From Calcarisporiella thermophila CBS 279.70 (lineage: Eukaryota > Fungi > Calcarisporiellomycota): a stretch of DNA of 64,000 nucleotides. Every line of letters begins with the position of its first letter. Position 1 is the stretch's first letter. Position numbers and translations under genes: made by a program. The stretch lies in the NCBI RefSeq assembly GCF_041956535.1, contig NW_027192225.1, positions 2,890 to 66,889 on the forward strand, written 5' to 3'. This document shows positions 36,956 to 49,051 of the stretch, piece after piece. The notes under the pieces were generated by a model, which did not search any database, was not told where the DNA came from, and saw nothing but the letters and a program-made list of their open reading frames with translations.

Positions 36956-37066
36956 ATGAGTCTTGAAACCCCTCCCGCCGTGGTTCTTGCTGACGTCTGT
37001 CCCGAGCCGCCCGTATGTCCGCGGTGCGGCCGTCGACACACGTCACACGCTGCCTGCATGCTCTAA
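36956..37066 (+). CDS. Putative 36-aa Cys/His microprotein
   Basis: MSLETPPAVVLADVCPEPPVCPRCGRRHTSHAACML*. Upstream TATATAAATATATA (~36816) and CT-rich leader, ATCATG start context, GC-rich island. Confidence 0.45.
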   Translation: MSLETPPAVVLADVCPEPPVCPRCGRRHTSHAACML

Positions 37067-37691
37067 CGAGGAAAGGCCTTTTCCATTCAGAGTGGTCTTC
37101 ATTCCTCTCCTCCTCCGAAAAATAATACATAGCCTACGATTCTATTTCTCTCGCCAATGGCCAGCAGCGTTGAAAAAAAAAAAATTCATGGTCATTTCCA
37201 GGCATTCTCCATACCATTTCCTCTCCAACAGCTGCCATCATTGCCTCAGTGGAGCAACATGACATCCCTCAGCTTGTGCATTTTACTCCACCTATATCCT
37301 TGAAAAAATTAGGTTTCTTTTTGCCTGCTATGCTTAGAATGATAGATATCGCTTATACTCTTTCTATATAAATATCATCTTTGTATCATATATCCATTAT
37401 CTTTCTAATATCTCTCTTCTTCTTCTTCTCTATCTAATACCAATAATAAATACTATTCTTCTATCGGAGACCATCCTTCATGGCCATCTGTATCCAATAT
37501 CTTTTGTGGTAGCCTCAGCTAACATTGCCATCGGAGTGGGCTTCATATTCTTAGCAAACTCGAGGCCAGAAGTTAGGGGCCCGTTGAACCGGCTTAACCC
37601 CAATCCACACCCGGTCATTAAGCTTAGGAGGGTTTTTATTGTCGATAACCAGGTCGCTTACAACAAATTAGAGAAAAGGGAGGGGACCACC

Positions 37692-38558
37692 TTAATGACC
37701 CAAGGCAGTGAGCTGCTCCTGGATGGGCTTCAATGCCTCGGCCTTGTCGGCCACCGCCTTCTGCTTCAGCTGCTGGATGGCCTTCTTCCTCTGGAAGTAG
37801 GCCTGGCTCTTCACCTTGCGCTTCTCTTCCAGCTTGGCCACGATGTCCTGGTACTTCCAGCCCACCTCCTGGGAAACCTTGCCCAAGGAGGTGTATTTCC
37901 TTCCGGGGCGGAGGCGGAGCACGCGAAGAGCCTGAGGAACCACCATGCGCTTCATGCGGTCATAAGGGGGAGGGACACCCTCAAATAGTTTAAGGCGGTC
38001 AAGGGCAGCCTGGCCACGGGCGGTCTTGTGGGGAATCATACCACGAACGGCCTTGTAGAAGATGCGGCTGGGGGCGCGGAAATGGAAGGGACCCCGAGTG
38101 GGATTCACAACGCAGCGCTTGCGGAGATATTGCCAGTAGCGAACTGGATGAATGAGGGGGGAGGGGCTTGGCTTAGTCCACGCTCAGAGATAGGGTAGAG
38201 GCAACTTGGTACTTACGCTTATTGCGGAAGAAGGATCCGGAAATGTTCAAGTCCTCGCACCGCACAATGACAATGCGCTGGCCAGAGAGGATCTGCTTAG
38301 CAACGATGGAGGCGAGACGGCCAACAAGATGGCCCTTGCCATCGATGACAACCACCTATGGGGAAATGAGAGCTGCATTAGGTCCAAGTGCCCTTGAACA
38401 ACATAACGTAAATAGGGCGGCGGGAAGAGCCATCGCAATCTCCGGCCGCCGCCGAAGCACTGGTCTTCGGCGCCGACCAACATCCGCTGCTCCTTTTGGC
38501 TTAATTGCCAGGCCTCAGCGTTGGGTGAATGCAAACTAACCTTTTCGAAAGTGCTCAT
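37692..38558 (-). CDS. RPL16: 60S ribosomal protein uL13 (L16/L13a), 3 exons
   Basis: [22 protein letters not shown]...[11 protein letters not shown]...[16 protein letters not shown]...FEGVPPPYD. Confidence 0.97.
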
Positions 38559-38771
38559 CGTTGATTCTCGACGTGGTGAAAAAGAGGGATCCAAAACAGC
38601 CTTCTCCTCCCCCTTCTTGTTTACTGCTGAGAAGCGAGGGAAATCGTGACGTCACCTATATTTGTTTTGAAAATTTTTTGCTTTTCGCGACGCTAGTGAA
38701 TTCCTTCTCTTTCTCTCCATCGTGGTTGTTCCGCCCCCCGTGTGAAGATTTAAACTACATCCAAAAGCAAC

Positions 38772-39562
38772 ATGTCTGAACAGGTATCGTCATTGGTCCA
38801 CCCAAATCTCGGATGAGATGGGCCATCCGTCCATGGATGACATGGTATTAATTCTATTTGTATCCCTTGTCTCCATCCTAGGTTGAGAAGGCTTTCCAGA
38901 AGCAACGTGGTATCTTCCTGAACCCCAAGCTTGGCGCAAAGAAGGCCAAGGGTGCCCGCTTCTACAAAGATGTCGGTCTTGGCTTCAAGACTCCTCGTGA
39001 GGCCATTGAAGGCACCTACATCGGTAAACCTTAGCTCCTCTATCTCCTGATCATGGAATTTCTTGGGTCGCAAAAAATGAATTGATTCGATGGTTCTTTT
39101 TTTCACAGACAAGAAGTGCCCCTTCACCGGTGAGGTCTCCATCCGTGGCCGTATCCTCACGGGCGTTGTTGCATCAACCAAGATGAAGCGCACCATCATT
39201 GTGCGCCGTGAGTACCTTCACTACATTCCCAAGTACAATCGGTACGAGAAGCGCCACAAGAACGTCGCCGCCCACTTGTCGCCATGCTTCATCGGTGTTG
39301 AACCCGGAGATCTCGTGACCAGTAAGTGGCCTCTCATCTCCTTTTTTTTTCAAACTAAAATGGATACGATAACTCATGATGCTGAATTTGCGTCACTTTA
39401 GTTGGCCAGTGCCGCCCGCTCTCCAAGACCGTCCGCTTCAACGTCGTGCGTGTGACCAAGATCTCGGCCAAGAAGGTAGATCATGTTATTTGCTAGCATT
39501 CGTACACAATTCCATACTCATCGGTTTGCTTTTTTTGATAGAAAATGTTTGTCAAGTTCTAA
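38772..39562 (+). CDS. RPS11: 40S ribosomal protein uS17 (S11), 5 exons
   Basis: [12 protein letters not shown]...[30 protein letters not shown]...[10 protein letters not shown]...[14 protein letters not shown]...KMFVKF*. Confidence 0.97.
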
Positions 39563-40904
39563 TTGGATCTGAAACCGTTCTTTGTGTGCTTTTTTTTTGT
39601 ATTGACGCTACAAAAAAAAATAAAAAAACTATAACATATAATATGGAAATTTATAAAGATAGGCTATGCTTCCTTCTTGAACAAAATAGGCAGATTAAAT
39701 GGCACTAACATGACTGTGCTTTAAAAAGATGATAAAAAGTTGGTCATGCCGTCCTATTTCTATACGATATATGGAGTGAGTTTACAGAATACCATTGTTT
39801 TGTTGAACCTTTATACCCTCCGAAATTAGAGTAGGGCAGGCGGATTTTCTTTACGGTTGCCTCTACTTTGCAAAGCGATATTTAGAGAGTTTGCTCAAGT
39901 CGGTAGATGCAAATCGCCAAGAGTTTGGACGACGCTAAAACCTCTATAATCCCATAGTCCAACTATCCCCGGAGGGTAGCTATTTCTTGGGGGATTTCGA
40001 ATCTGTTCTCTCCTCTGCATAAGAAGACGAGCAGGCTCTTCTTTCTTTCGAGCTCCAATCCACGGTTCAGATAACCGCCATCCTTTTGATTTGACTATAG
40101 TGCTGGTATTTATACATACCCCATCCAAGTCACGTAGAGAAGTTGCTTGACGCGCAGAAATCGCATGAAATAGTGTAGAGTGAGGAGGACATGGCCTGAT
40201 TCAGGCCATTCCCACTGGGAGAAATGCAAGCTGAATTTTCGTCAATGGTCCAAATCCGTCATGCGAAACACCAAGACACCATGTTTGTCCATCATCTCCC
40301 AACCTATTTCGCAAGGGGTGAGTGCGCTTCAATCAAAACGGTGGCCAATTCAATCCCTTCTAGCTAAAAATAACCCCCACCTCGCTCAAGTTTCTAAGGC
40401 AAATAGAGGTCTAGTGACCTTGCGACTAAGTGCCCTTCATCAACGCATGGAAAAGATATGAGCATATCTGGTAAACTCAAACAGTATGTTTCGGGTTGAG
40501 CTCAGCTTATGATGCATGCATCCGCCTCCGCTCTCTCGATCATTTCCCACTACGGCATCTCGTCCCTCAGTTCTTCGAACGACTCAGCTCATTGACTGGC
40601 AAAAATGGAAACGGCTTGCGCACCATAGTCGAAGGATCTAAAAATAAACGGCAATCCTTGAGCAATATATCGATAGATAGGCTGTCAGCTCTTTGGAAAT
40701 CTGAGGCATGGCCGAATCTGAATCACTATTTTCTCTTTAGGCAGCCAAGCCTTCTAAAAGGCAGCATTAATAAAAGAAGTCAGCGGGGATTTCCATGAAG
40801 CGTATATAAAAGCCCGCCCTCCATCTTCACTTCACCTTCTCCCCTTCACTCAATTCAGCACATATTACCTTCTACCGAAGATTTCATAACAACCTTGGAA
40901 AGCC

Positions 40905-41615
40905 ATGAAGCAATCTTACTTTGTACTCTTTCTCCTCGCATGCGGTGTCCCCTCCCTCACCGCTCCTCAGAACGCCACCAATATCACGAGAAACGACAGT
41001 CCCACCCCCGCTACAACTCTCACCGCTCTCCTTCCCAGCGCCCGTAATGATACGGCGACAGACGCAGAAACTAGTAGGAATACCACTCAAAGCACACTTC
41101 GTCTCCACTGCCAAAAGGAGAGCTCCAACTCCCTCAGCATTCACGACCAATATTTCGAAGCGTTCACGAAACCCAACTTCCAAGGACGCAAACTCGCCAA
41201 TTTCCATGACGTTGAGAATTTAAAATGTATGAATTTGGAGATGCCTGTAACCATACGGTCGTTGCGTACCGCCGACTTCACCCATGTGGTGGTGTATCCG
41301 GAGAAGAATTGCAAGGGCAAGACGGTGTATGATGGATTAGGGCCGGATAAGGATGCCAACATCCGGGGCGTATCGTTCCGGCTGTGGTGCGGTGAGAACG
41401 ACTACGAAACCGAATTGAGAGCGAGTGGCCCTGGAAGTGGCGGCAATATCACCGACACTACCGGTCAGAACCTCAATGGGACAGAGTCTACCATGTTTGA
41501 AGAGAAGAATAATACCATATCAGCCGAGATAGATGGCCAGAGGTCTGATGGGGGTGATCTGCACAAGAATACTACCCTCAGCAGCGAAGAAAATGACGAC
41601 TTGTTGTATCCATAG
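40905..41615 (+). CDS. Secreted glycoprotein with beta/gamma-crystallin-like central domain
   Basis: Signal peptide, many NxS/T sites, paired motifs FTKPNFQG...C...IRS and YPEKNCKG...VSFRL. TATATAAAA at ~40803. Confidence 0.7.
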   Translation: MKQSYFVLFLLACGVPSLTAPQNATNITRNDSPTPATTLTALLPSARNDTATDAETSRNTTQSTLRLHCQKESSNSLSIHDQYFEAFTKPNFQGRKLANFHDVENLKCMNLEMPVTIRSLRTADFTHVVVYPEKNCKGKTVYDGLGPDKDANIRGVSFRLWCGENDYETELRASGPGSGGNITDTTGQNLNGTESTMFEEKNNTISAEIDGQRSDGGDLHKNTTLSSEENDDLLYP

Positions 41616-41748
41616 ATAACATCATCATATAATTGTAGAATAAAGGATCACTGTTTCTATTTTCAAACCACCCTCCTTTATTACACCGTTCTCTACTGAT
41701 AATACAAATCCAAAAAGAGAGAACACACCACTGCGGCTTCAATGGAAC

Positions 41749-42426
41749 TTACTCTCGAACCTCAAGAACACATTCGTACCATTTCTCGGGACCTATAAAA
41801 CCTTCCATTGGTAAGCTTGCCTCGTGCAGGCAAAGGAACCCCAATGACTCACCATGCACCACCGAGCTCTCCCCGATACACTTAAATCCGACCGCTTCAT
41901 ACAATCCCAGCAATTCGCGATGGCTAATCAGCGACACCCGATCCGCATCCTTGCAATTCCGGATAAACTCTAGTAGACATCGTTTCGCAATGCCCATTCT
42001 TCTTAAACGTGGATCCACACACACGCTGTGTATGCACACGGTCCTCCCTTGTGGTTCATGTTCCGACATCGAACTGTGAGTCAGGGTTGGAGATGATGTG
42101 CGCGTTGCTACTGTGTATCCCACCAGCTGAGCATCGCGAAATTCATTCCTTTGGGATGGCGGGAGGTACTGGAGAGAAGCATGGGTGAGGTATGCGCCGA
42201 GAAAAAGATCGCCCGCTGCTTTATAGCGGAACTGGAGCTGAGCAAGCGATGCAGCCTCTTCCTTTGGATACCCTACAATCCATGGAATTAAAAGGAGATT
42301 TATAGCGGAATGCTTCTGTTTTCAGATCTTGTGAGCCTAACCCTGGGATTCTAGGCGGAAAGCGGCCTCTATGTCCTCGGCCGAAATGAGTCTGAACTGG
42401 AGGGTGTCGGCAAGTTTGGTAGTCAT
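41749..42426 (-). CDS. PAA1: GNAT polyamine/arylalkylamine N-acetyltransferase (Paa1-like, 3 exons)
   Basis: LESQGYPKEEAAS, HEPQGRTVCIHSVCVDPRLRRMGIA, LYEAVGF, SSVVHGPEKWY. Confidence 0.85.
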
Positions 42427-42973
42427 CGTGAGTCTTGTCAAAGAACTATTTACTGGGTGGCCAATTTGGCCTGCTTCAATTCTCTAAATTGAACTCTAAC
42501 GTTAAATTACAAGGATTGAGTCCAACGCATTAGGGCCAGAGGCTAAAATTATATATATACCAAGATATATCTACATATGAATAGGAATGGCAATTCGAGT
42601 CTCAAAGGAAGTGTGGAAAAGTAGAAGGGGAAGGCGGGGGAGGGGAAGAAACACAATGTTTAACAAGGAGAAGGAAATTAGGCGTTGTAAACAGGAGAAC
42701 TACATGCTCCAACCGTCATTCAAACTTCTTACACGGTGAATGACGCACTTCAACAAAGGAGAGGAAAGTTGGTGACAGAAAAAGGAGGGTTGGAGAATAG
42801 TTAGAAATAAGAATTAGTAGGGGGAGGGGGTAAAGTAGGAGTGATAAAATGATGGTATTAATGAAAAGCAAAATAAACGGGGAGTGCTATTGAAGAGGGG
42901 AAGGAGGGGGGGAATATACCAACGATATCAAAAACCACTGCGCCAATGAGCCCATCTTAGCAGCAAATCACTC

Positions 42974-44686
42974 TCAATGAAACACGCCGCTATTTCCGGT
43001 ATGCAGCGCGTAAGAGAACTTCGCGTCGTTCCTTAACTCCTCAATGACCGTGTCAGCAAACCGCGCCAGCGCCTTCTCGATTTGCTCGAGGCCTTGCTCG
43101 GTTTGACGTGCGATGGCAGAGGCGTCGAACTCCTCTTTGCGGAATGCGATGTCGAAGCGGAACTTGCACGCCGCGGCGAAAAACCGAAGGTTTTCAATGG
43201 CGCGATACGTGCGTGTCGTGTCGGTGTGTATTTTGTTGATGAGTCCAAACGGGCGTCGGGATTTCCGCACCACTTGATTGTAGACTTGGCATAGAAGGAT
43301 GCCATCGCTGGATAGATCAGTGAGGGGAGGTGGGAGCTTGTCAGACTATCCATTCAAAACGAGCAGGCAATAAATTGCTCACTTACCAAAGCGAAGCCAG
43401 AAATGCTGCCTTATCCTCGTGGGGATCGGGGAGAGGAGGTTCCAAGGAGTCTTGGTTTTGTCGGTTGCCCTCCAAAAATGCGCGGTATCGGCCTAACAAG
43501 GATGGGGTTAGCCTACGTTGGAGACGGGGCCGAGGTTCGTCAAAATGGTGGTTACCTAAATCGTCGCTGATGAAACACTGCTCATCTAGCCATTCGGGGA
43601 AAGTAAGAGGGGGGGAGAGGGGCGGACTTGCCAGATCAAGGCCAACAAAGGAGGGGATCGAGAGGGGGCTACTGATCTGGTTTCCATGGGGTGGATGGAA
43701 GACAAAGTTCTGCACCACATCCAGGTAAGACTGGATTGTCTCTCGCTCACGCGCCAAGTCGCTGTATGTATAGGTGCGGTATATGTAGCCGTGCTCCTCT
43801 GGCGCGCCATTCTCTCTCCCACCGCTCCTCTCGTCCTCATGCATGCCTTCTCCCTCTTCGCCTCTCCCTGTGGGCTCGCCTTCGTTTTCGTTTCCTTCGT
43901 CCTCGCATGCACCGATGCGAGATTTCACTTCCAGCTCCTTGATCACCTCCAGAAGGGTTAGCGTGGCTCGTCTGATTTTCACCTGGGCCTCTCTCGACAA
44001 GTCGCCCCGGTGGATGGTGTAAGTTTTCACGGCATCAACTGCCTTTCCGACGGATTCCATTAGGGGCAGCACCGCCAACTCATCGCCGCTTTCGTGCTGC
44101 TCTGGCAGCCCAGTGATCATGTTCCAGGTGGTGAGCATGTGCTGGATCTGGGTGTGACATCCCGCCAGCAGCACGTCGAGGTCGGTTTCGACGTCAACTT
44201 CAACGAAGGGAAGAGGAGGGGGGCCGGGCGAGGGAAGACGATCAAGATCGGGGTCGAAGCCTTCGGGCTCTTCAGCGAGCGATTGTAGGGGAGCATCGGC
44301 GGCATCGGACTGCTGCTGGTCAGTGAGCTTCTTTCGGCGCTGGAAGCCAAGCATATTGGTCCTATTAATGAATGTTGAAGTGTCAGGCTTCAGGAATATG
44401 GGTCATTGGAGGGGGATTGTTTACTTTGCATCACGCTTTAGCTGCTTTCTGGCGTAAAAAGCTTGCAGATGGGCAATGCTACCAAGTGCCAAAACCTGTC
44501 CGAATAAAAAGAGGATAATCCGGGTGAGCGGGAACGCGTCAACACACAGAGGTCCATCATCATCTCCAGCAACAGAGAGCTTCGCGGCAGAAAACTTACG
44601 GATGAGCGCTTTTGGGCCGATGTGGCGAATTTCTTCCCGCTTGGAGGGGGTTTGACGAAGCCACTCATGATAATGTTCTGTTGCAT
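42974..44686 (-). CDS. Hypothetical protein with C-terminal calponin-homology-like segment (4 exons)
   Basis: Spliced KRSSVLALGSIAHLQAFY. C-terminus FLASLCDGILLCQVYN...INKIH...TYRAIENLRFFAAAC resembles the CH consensus. Confidence 0.7.
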
Positions 44687-46319
44687 TAGAAGTAGTGTAG
44701 GGGCGGGGAGAGTGGTTTTCAGCTACTGTTTATGAATTACAAATGTAAATAGCAATGACAGTGAAAGAGGTCTACTGAGATGAATGCAAGGGGTGCAATA
44801 GAGTAAGTAAAAAAGTCGAGACACTGCTATGATCTGCTATGGTATGGGATGAGGAATATGGATATAGGACATAGAGTAAGTATACAAAAATATAAAGAGT
44901 TATGAGAGCCGATAAATATATTTCATGTCTTCTCCGCTTAAATTGGAAAGCAGAGGGGGCCAGCGAAAAAGGAAATTCGATCTCTTGCTGAAGAGGCCCC
45001 TCAGGCCCATCGCGCCGGCTATTTATTTGATGGGCCGCTTCCCCAGTCTCTGCATCGTCACACTGCGGGGGGAGAACGAAAATCCATTGCCCTCGCCTGC
45101 ATAGGAGCGTATTGCACCACCGCAAGGCCACAATACTTCCTTTTCGAGCTTCCTTGTTTTGTTTGGCAATATACGAGTTTAATCGAGAGAGAGAGGTAAA
45201 ACCTTGCAGGTTTTCTCCGCAGACCTCTTCGCCCCTCTAAATCGATCTGGAAAATGGGCCCGCCCATTATATCACGCAAGCAAGATCCGCTCTCACTGCT
45301 CACTCTCCATTCTGCTTCATAGCCTCTGTCTTACGAATGCAGAGGGAGAGTCAAAGGGCTCCAAACAGCTGTCATAGTCTGACGTAATGCCGGGGAAGGC
45401 ATGAAAGAGCACTAGTTTGCCGCGCTAGAGAAGCGGCCAACAGCTACTAGAGCCTTGGGCAGGGAGGCATGGGTTCGATTGTTAGGAAAGCGTGGATGGG
45501 GCAGGAAGGGCGTGGTAGGAGTTAGAGTTTCACAGCATACCAGAAACTTGTTGGCAGAGTATCACAGCTAGGCACCTGAGTGACTACTAACAAACAGCTA
45601 GTATTTCTGCATAGGCTGCAGTTCGTTAGGCGGGGCTTGGGGATATCGGCTACACCCTGCAGGCTTCTCAATGGCAGCTGTCTAGATTAGCAAACCGTCG
45701 CCGCTCTGCAGTGAATTAAATGGGCCATTGGTCGCTTGCCCGGTATAATCCACCCTTAATTTTAGGTAGGATTAGGGCTTGAGTGCATTCCTAGATGACT
45801 GGTTCTTGAACACGTCAGCCGGATGAAGGGGTGGGTGGCTAAAGCACTTGATTGTACTTGATGGTTCCCGGTCGACAAGCCACCATAGGGAAGCGAAAAT
45901 ATTCCATGAGAATAAACACGACGATGAAGCAAGCTCCCTTGACAAGCTTACAAGTACTATGACCCCCCATCTACAAGGGGGCGAGGAACGCAAGGACATC
46001 TGACATCAGCATGGGAAATAAATGTCCTTAATACAGGCCTGAAGTAGCATGCTTATAGAAGCTTCCAAAATGCTATTGGGGAGGGGGTGGATTGGTTTGA
46101 TTCAGGAGAAGCCTAAAAATAAAACCGTAAAGTCCGAAATTAAATATTTTCCTACGGTCCCTAAATTTGGCACACTCCTCTCTCTTCGTTCTCTAATATT
46201 ACGTTATTGTATGGTGTCGGACTCTGACGCAGTTGCTTTGCTCGATACCTATATATATACTTCAGCATCCCCTATGTCCAAGTCGACATTCCTATTTGGC
46301 CATCTCCACATAGTATAGG

Positions 46320-47288
46320 ATGATGGCTATGAATTCCGGGGCCTTCCGCTGCGCTGTTCTATTTCTCCTAGCCATTAGTAGCACCCTAATTGCCGCTGCT
46401 ACCATTAATTCCACCAAGATAGTGCAGAAGAATGCTCCGTGGCATCTCGCTCGAATCAGCCATCGCAAGCTTACCCCGAATAACAAGAGTGAATTCGTCT
46501 ACAACTCCAACCGAGATGGCCGAGGTGTCACCGTGTATGTCCTAGACTCGGGGGTCGACACCAAGCATGTGGAATTCGAGGGACGTGCCCGAATAGGCGC
46601 CAATCTCATTGAAGGGGACGATCAGCCCGACAATCTCGGCCACGGCACGGAGTGTGCCAGTCTCGTCGCCGGCAAAACCGTCGGCGTGGCCAAGAAGGCC
46701 CAGGTGGTCTCGGTCAAGATTACGTATCGAGGCAATCCCAGAGCGTTTCAGGCCGGGTTGGAATTCGTCTTGAAAGACGCCAAGAAGAACCCGCAGTTCA
46801 AATCGGTCGCCAGCATATCGGTGGGGACGGAGAAAGTATCCCAAGGACTCGAGGACGCTCTCACCAAGCTTATCGAAGCTGGCGTGACCGTGGTCGCCGC
46901 TGCAGGCAACGGTGCCAACGATCCCTGCGTGCTATGGCCGGCTCGGCGCAAGGACGTTATCACCGTAGCCGGCAGCGACATCAATGACAACTGGGGCGAA
47001 ACGAGCGGGGGCAAGTGCGTGGATATTCTAGCCCCCAGCGTCGATATCTTGTCGGCCGAATACAACCCAAGGGAGCCCGATGTCCACGACAAACTTGGAA
47101 TCACCGGCGGTTCTTCGGACGCGACCCCCATTGTCGCCGGTGTGGTAGCTGGATTTCTTTCCGAACAGCCCATGTCTCCGGCCGAGGTCATGGCCTTGCT
47201 TCGCAAAACGGCCACCAAAAATGCCATCCGAGGCATTCCTCCTGGAACCCCGAACTTGTTGGTCTATAATGACAAGACTTCACAATAG
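46320..47288 (+). CDS. Secreted S8 subtilisin (proteinase K-like) lacking an I9 propeptide
   Basis: Signal peptide, QKNAPWHLARIS, VLDSG (Asp), GHGTECA (His), AAGN, GSSDATP (Ser), GTPNLL. Intronless. Confidence 0.92.
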   Translation: MMAMNSGAFRCAVLFLLAISSTLIAAATINSTKIVQKNAPWHLARISHRKLTPNNKSEFVYNSNRDGRGVTVYVLDSGVDTKHVEFEGRARIGANLIEGDDQPDNLGHGTECASLVAGKTVGVAKKAQVVSVKITYRGNPRAFQAGLEFVLKDAKKNPQFKSVASISVGTEKVSQGLEDALTKLIEAGVTVVAAAGNGANDPCVLWPARRKDVITVAGSDINDNWGETSGGKCVDILAPSVDILSAEYNPREPDVHDKLGITGGSSDATPIVAGVVAGFLSEQPMSPAEVMALLRKTATKNAIRGIPPGTPNLLVYNDKTSQ

Positions 47289-48018
47289 ATGTATACGATA
47301 ATCGAAACTAACTTAACACAATCATGCTCTACCATGGAGTTAAACCCGCTTTATGTAAATAAAAATCTATAGAAATTGGGAATCCATTGAATAGAGAAAG
47401 AAAAGGGTGGTGAAGTATGGGTCAAGGTTGGATAGAACCTTAGATAACTCCCAATATCATTACTATAAAGGGATATTTAGTCTGATCAGATTTGCTGAGT
47501 TTGGAAACTGAAGAATCATAATTTTAATGGTCATCTCTTGCCTTCAGCTGGACAACATTGCTCAATTCTTTTTTCATTCCCAAGATGGAATGCTTTTGTT
47601 TACCTAACTGCTCGAACACATATAACATCATCCCTATCATCAAACCCTAAAACTGCCATCCTGTAGTGGTATCGACTACTGAAAAAAGGTTATTCTAAGT
47701 GGATTAAAAAAAAACCTGCTTTCAGTGGATTCAGAGAAGTTTCCCCAGGATTATCCTGGTTATCCGGTATGGCAATAACAAATCGCGTGAGGCTAGGGTA
47801 GTTATACCTCCTTTCAAGGTATTATCTAGTTCATCATTTTTTACTTACTATTAAAACCTTTTATTATATACAGACCGTGCACACTGAATAGTGATCAGTA
47901 GAATAAACAAAAGGATCCAATTCCCATCTCAGAAATGAAGCGAGCGGTAGAGGTTGGACCAGGTGGCCTATCCAACAATTGCAATGGGAAATACTTCTCG
48001 GTTGGTGGATCACTCGCC

Positions 48019-48470
48019 AAAAAAAAAGTTCAAGAGAGCGTGTAAAAACACTGATATGCGCGAGGTGTGTATCGAATACAGAAAGGAAATCGATAGCTTG
48101 TGTCGTTTCCTTTACGATTGCACAGGAAGTGGCTTCGCAGGAGATTTATAGCTTTGCGAAAAAAAAAAAGAAAACAGAACAGATTAAGGTCGAATTAAAC
48201 TATTGAAGAAATAGTTTACAATCTACACTTTCCGCCAGCGCTTTGTGGAAAGTATAAATTGAAACGTTTTCTTGCATATTGCTCCAGTCGCTTTTCGTTT
48301 TTCCCGCTTAATTCGTTTTCACATAGCGGCGCATCTCCCGCAAAGCGTTCACTACAACAACTACAACAAATACTCTTCTGAAGACGACTCAAACTATCGG
48401 GGTTCTTATTGCCTTCGACGCGTAATTTGCACATATCCGTTTTCTTGTACGCTCTCTTCCAATTTTTTTT
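48019..48470. pseudogene. Convergent pair of diverged paralogous Cys-rich coding fragments (imperfect inverted repeat)
   Basis: +48019-48160 KRACKNTDM...DSLCR...FAGDL*LCE versus -48470-48300 KRAYKKTDM...DSLSR...FAGDAPLCE. Confidence 0.5.
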
Positions 48471-49051
48471 CGAAGAGAATAAAATTTTGGTTAAGAGATT
48501 TAGGTGGATCAAACGGGCCTGCGCAATGGCTCGAGACTTTGTATGATGAATTTTGGGAAAACCCAACAAACTATGCTTATCGGTCGATTCCTTGATCGAA
48601 TCGCTATCAGCACGAGGTCAAATTCAGTGCAAGTGGCCTGGCTAGAAAGGCCGTAGTTGACTTCAATATGAGCCATAAACCACTTAGGGAAGAATAAGAA
48701 TAAAAGAGAAGATGGCATCCATTTTCTCTTCCCTAGACTCGTCCCTAATAGGCAAGGGTTGTCAATTTCCTAAACGGAGTCTACATGTATTGAGCAAAAA
48801 AAATCATACTGCCGAAACTCAGCGAACACCTGTTGACTCTGGCCTGATCTCTGCCCCCACCATCCACACTCGCATTGAAATAAGGGGGGCCATCAGGATT
48901 CTCCTAGTGCATAAGCGGTATAGGTTGTTGGGGAGGGGGGAAACGTCTGAAATTGCCACGGATAAAATCAACCTAACCTAACACAGGCCTAAATAGCTTG
49001 GTGTATTTTAATAATCCTATGCAAAGAGAATAGAGTACAATAATAGACAGA

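Noticed and set aside
36956-37066. Canonical a-factor-like pheromone / MAT locus with STE12
   Set aside because: The peptide ends CML, not CaaX. No pheromone receptor, HMG or homeodomain gene is present, and I saw no TGAAACA cluster in the spacer.
38784-39541. snoRNAs in RPS11 introns, as in vertebrates
   Set aside because: Introns are under 100 nt and lack properly arranged C/D or H/ACA boxes.
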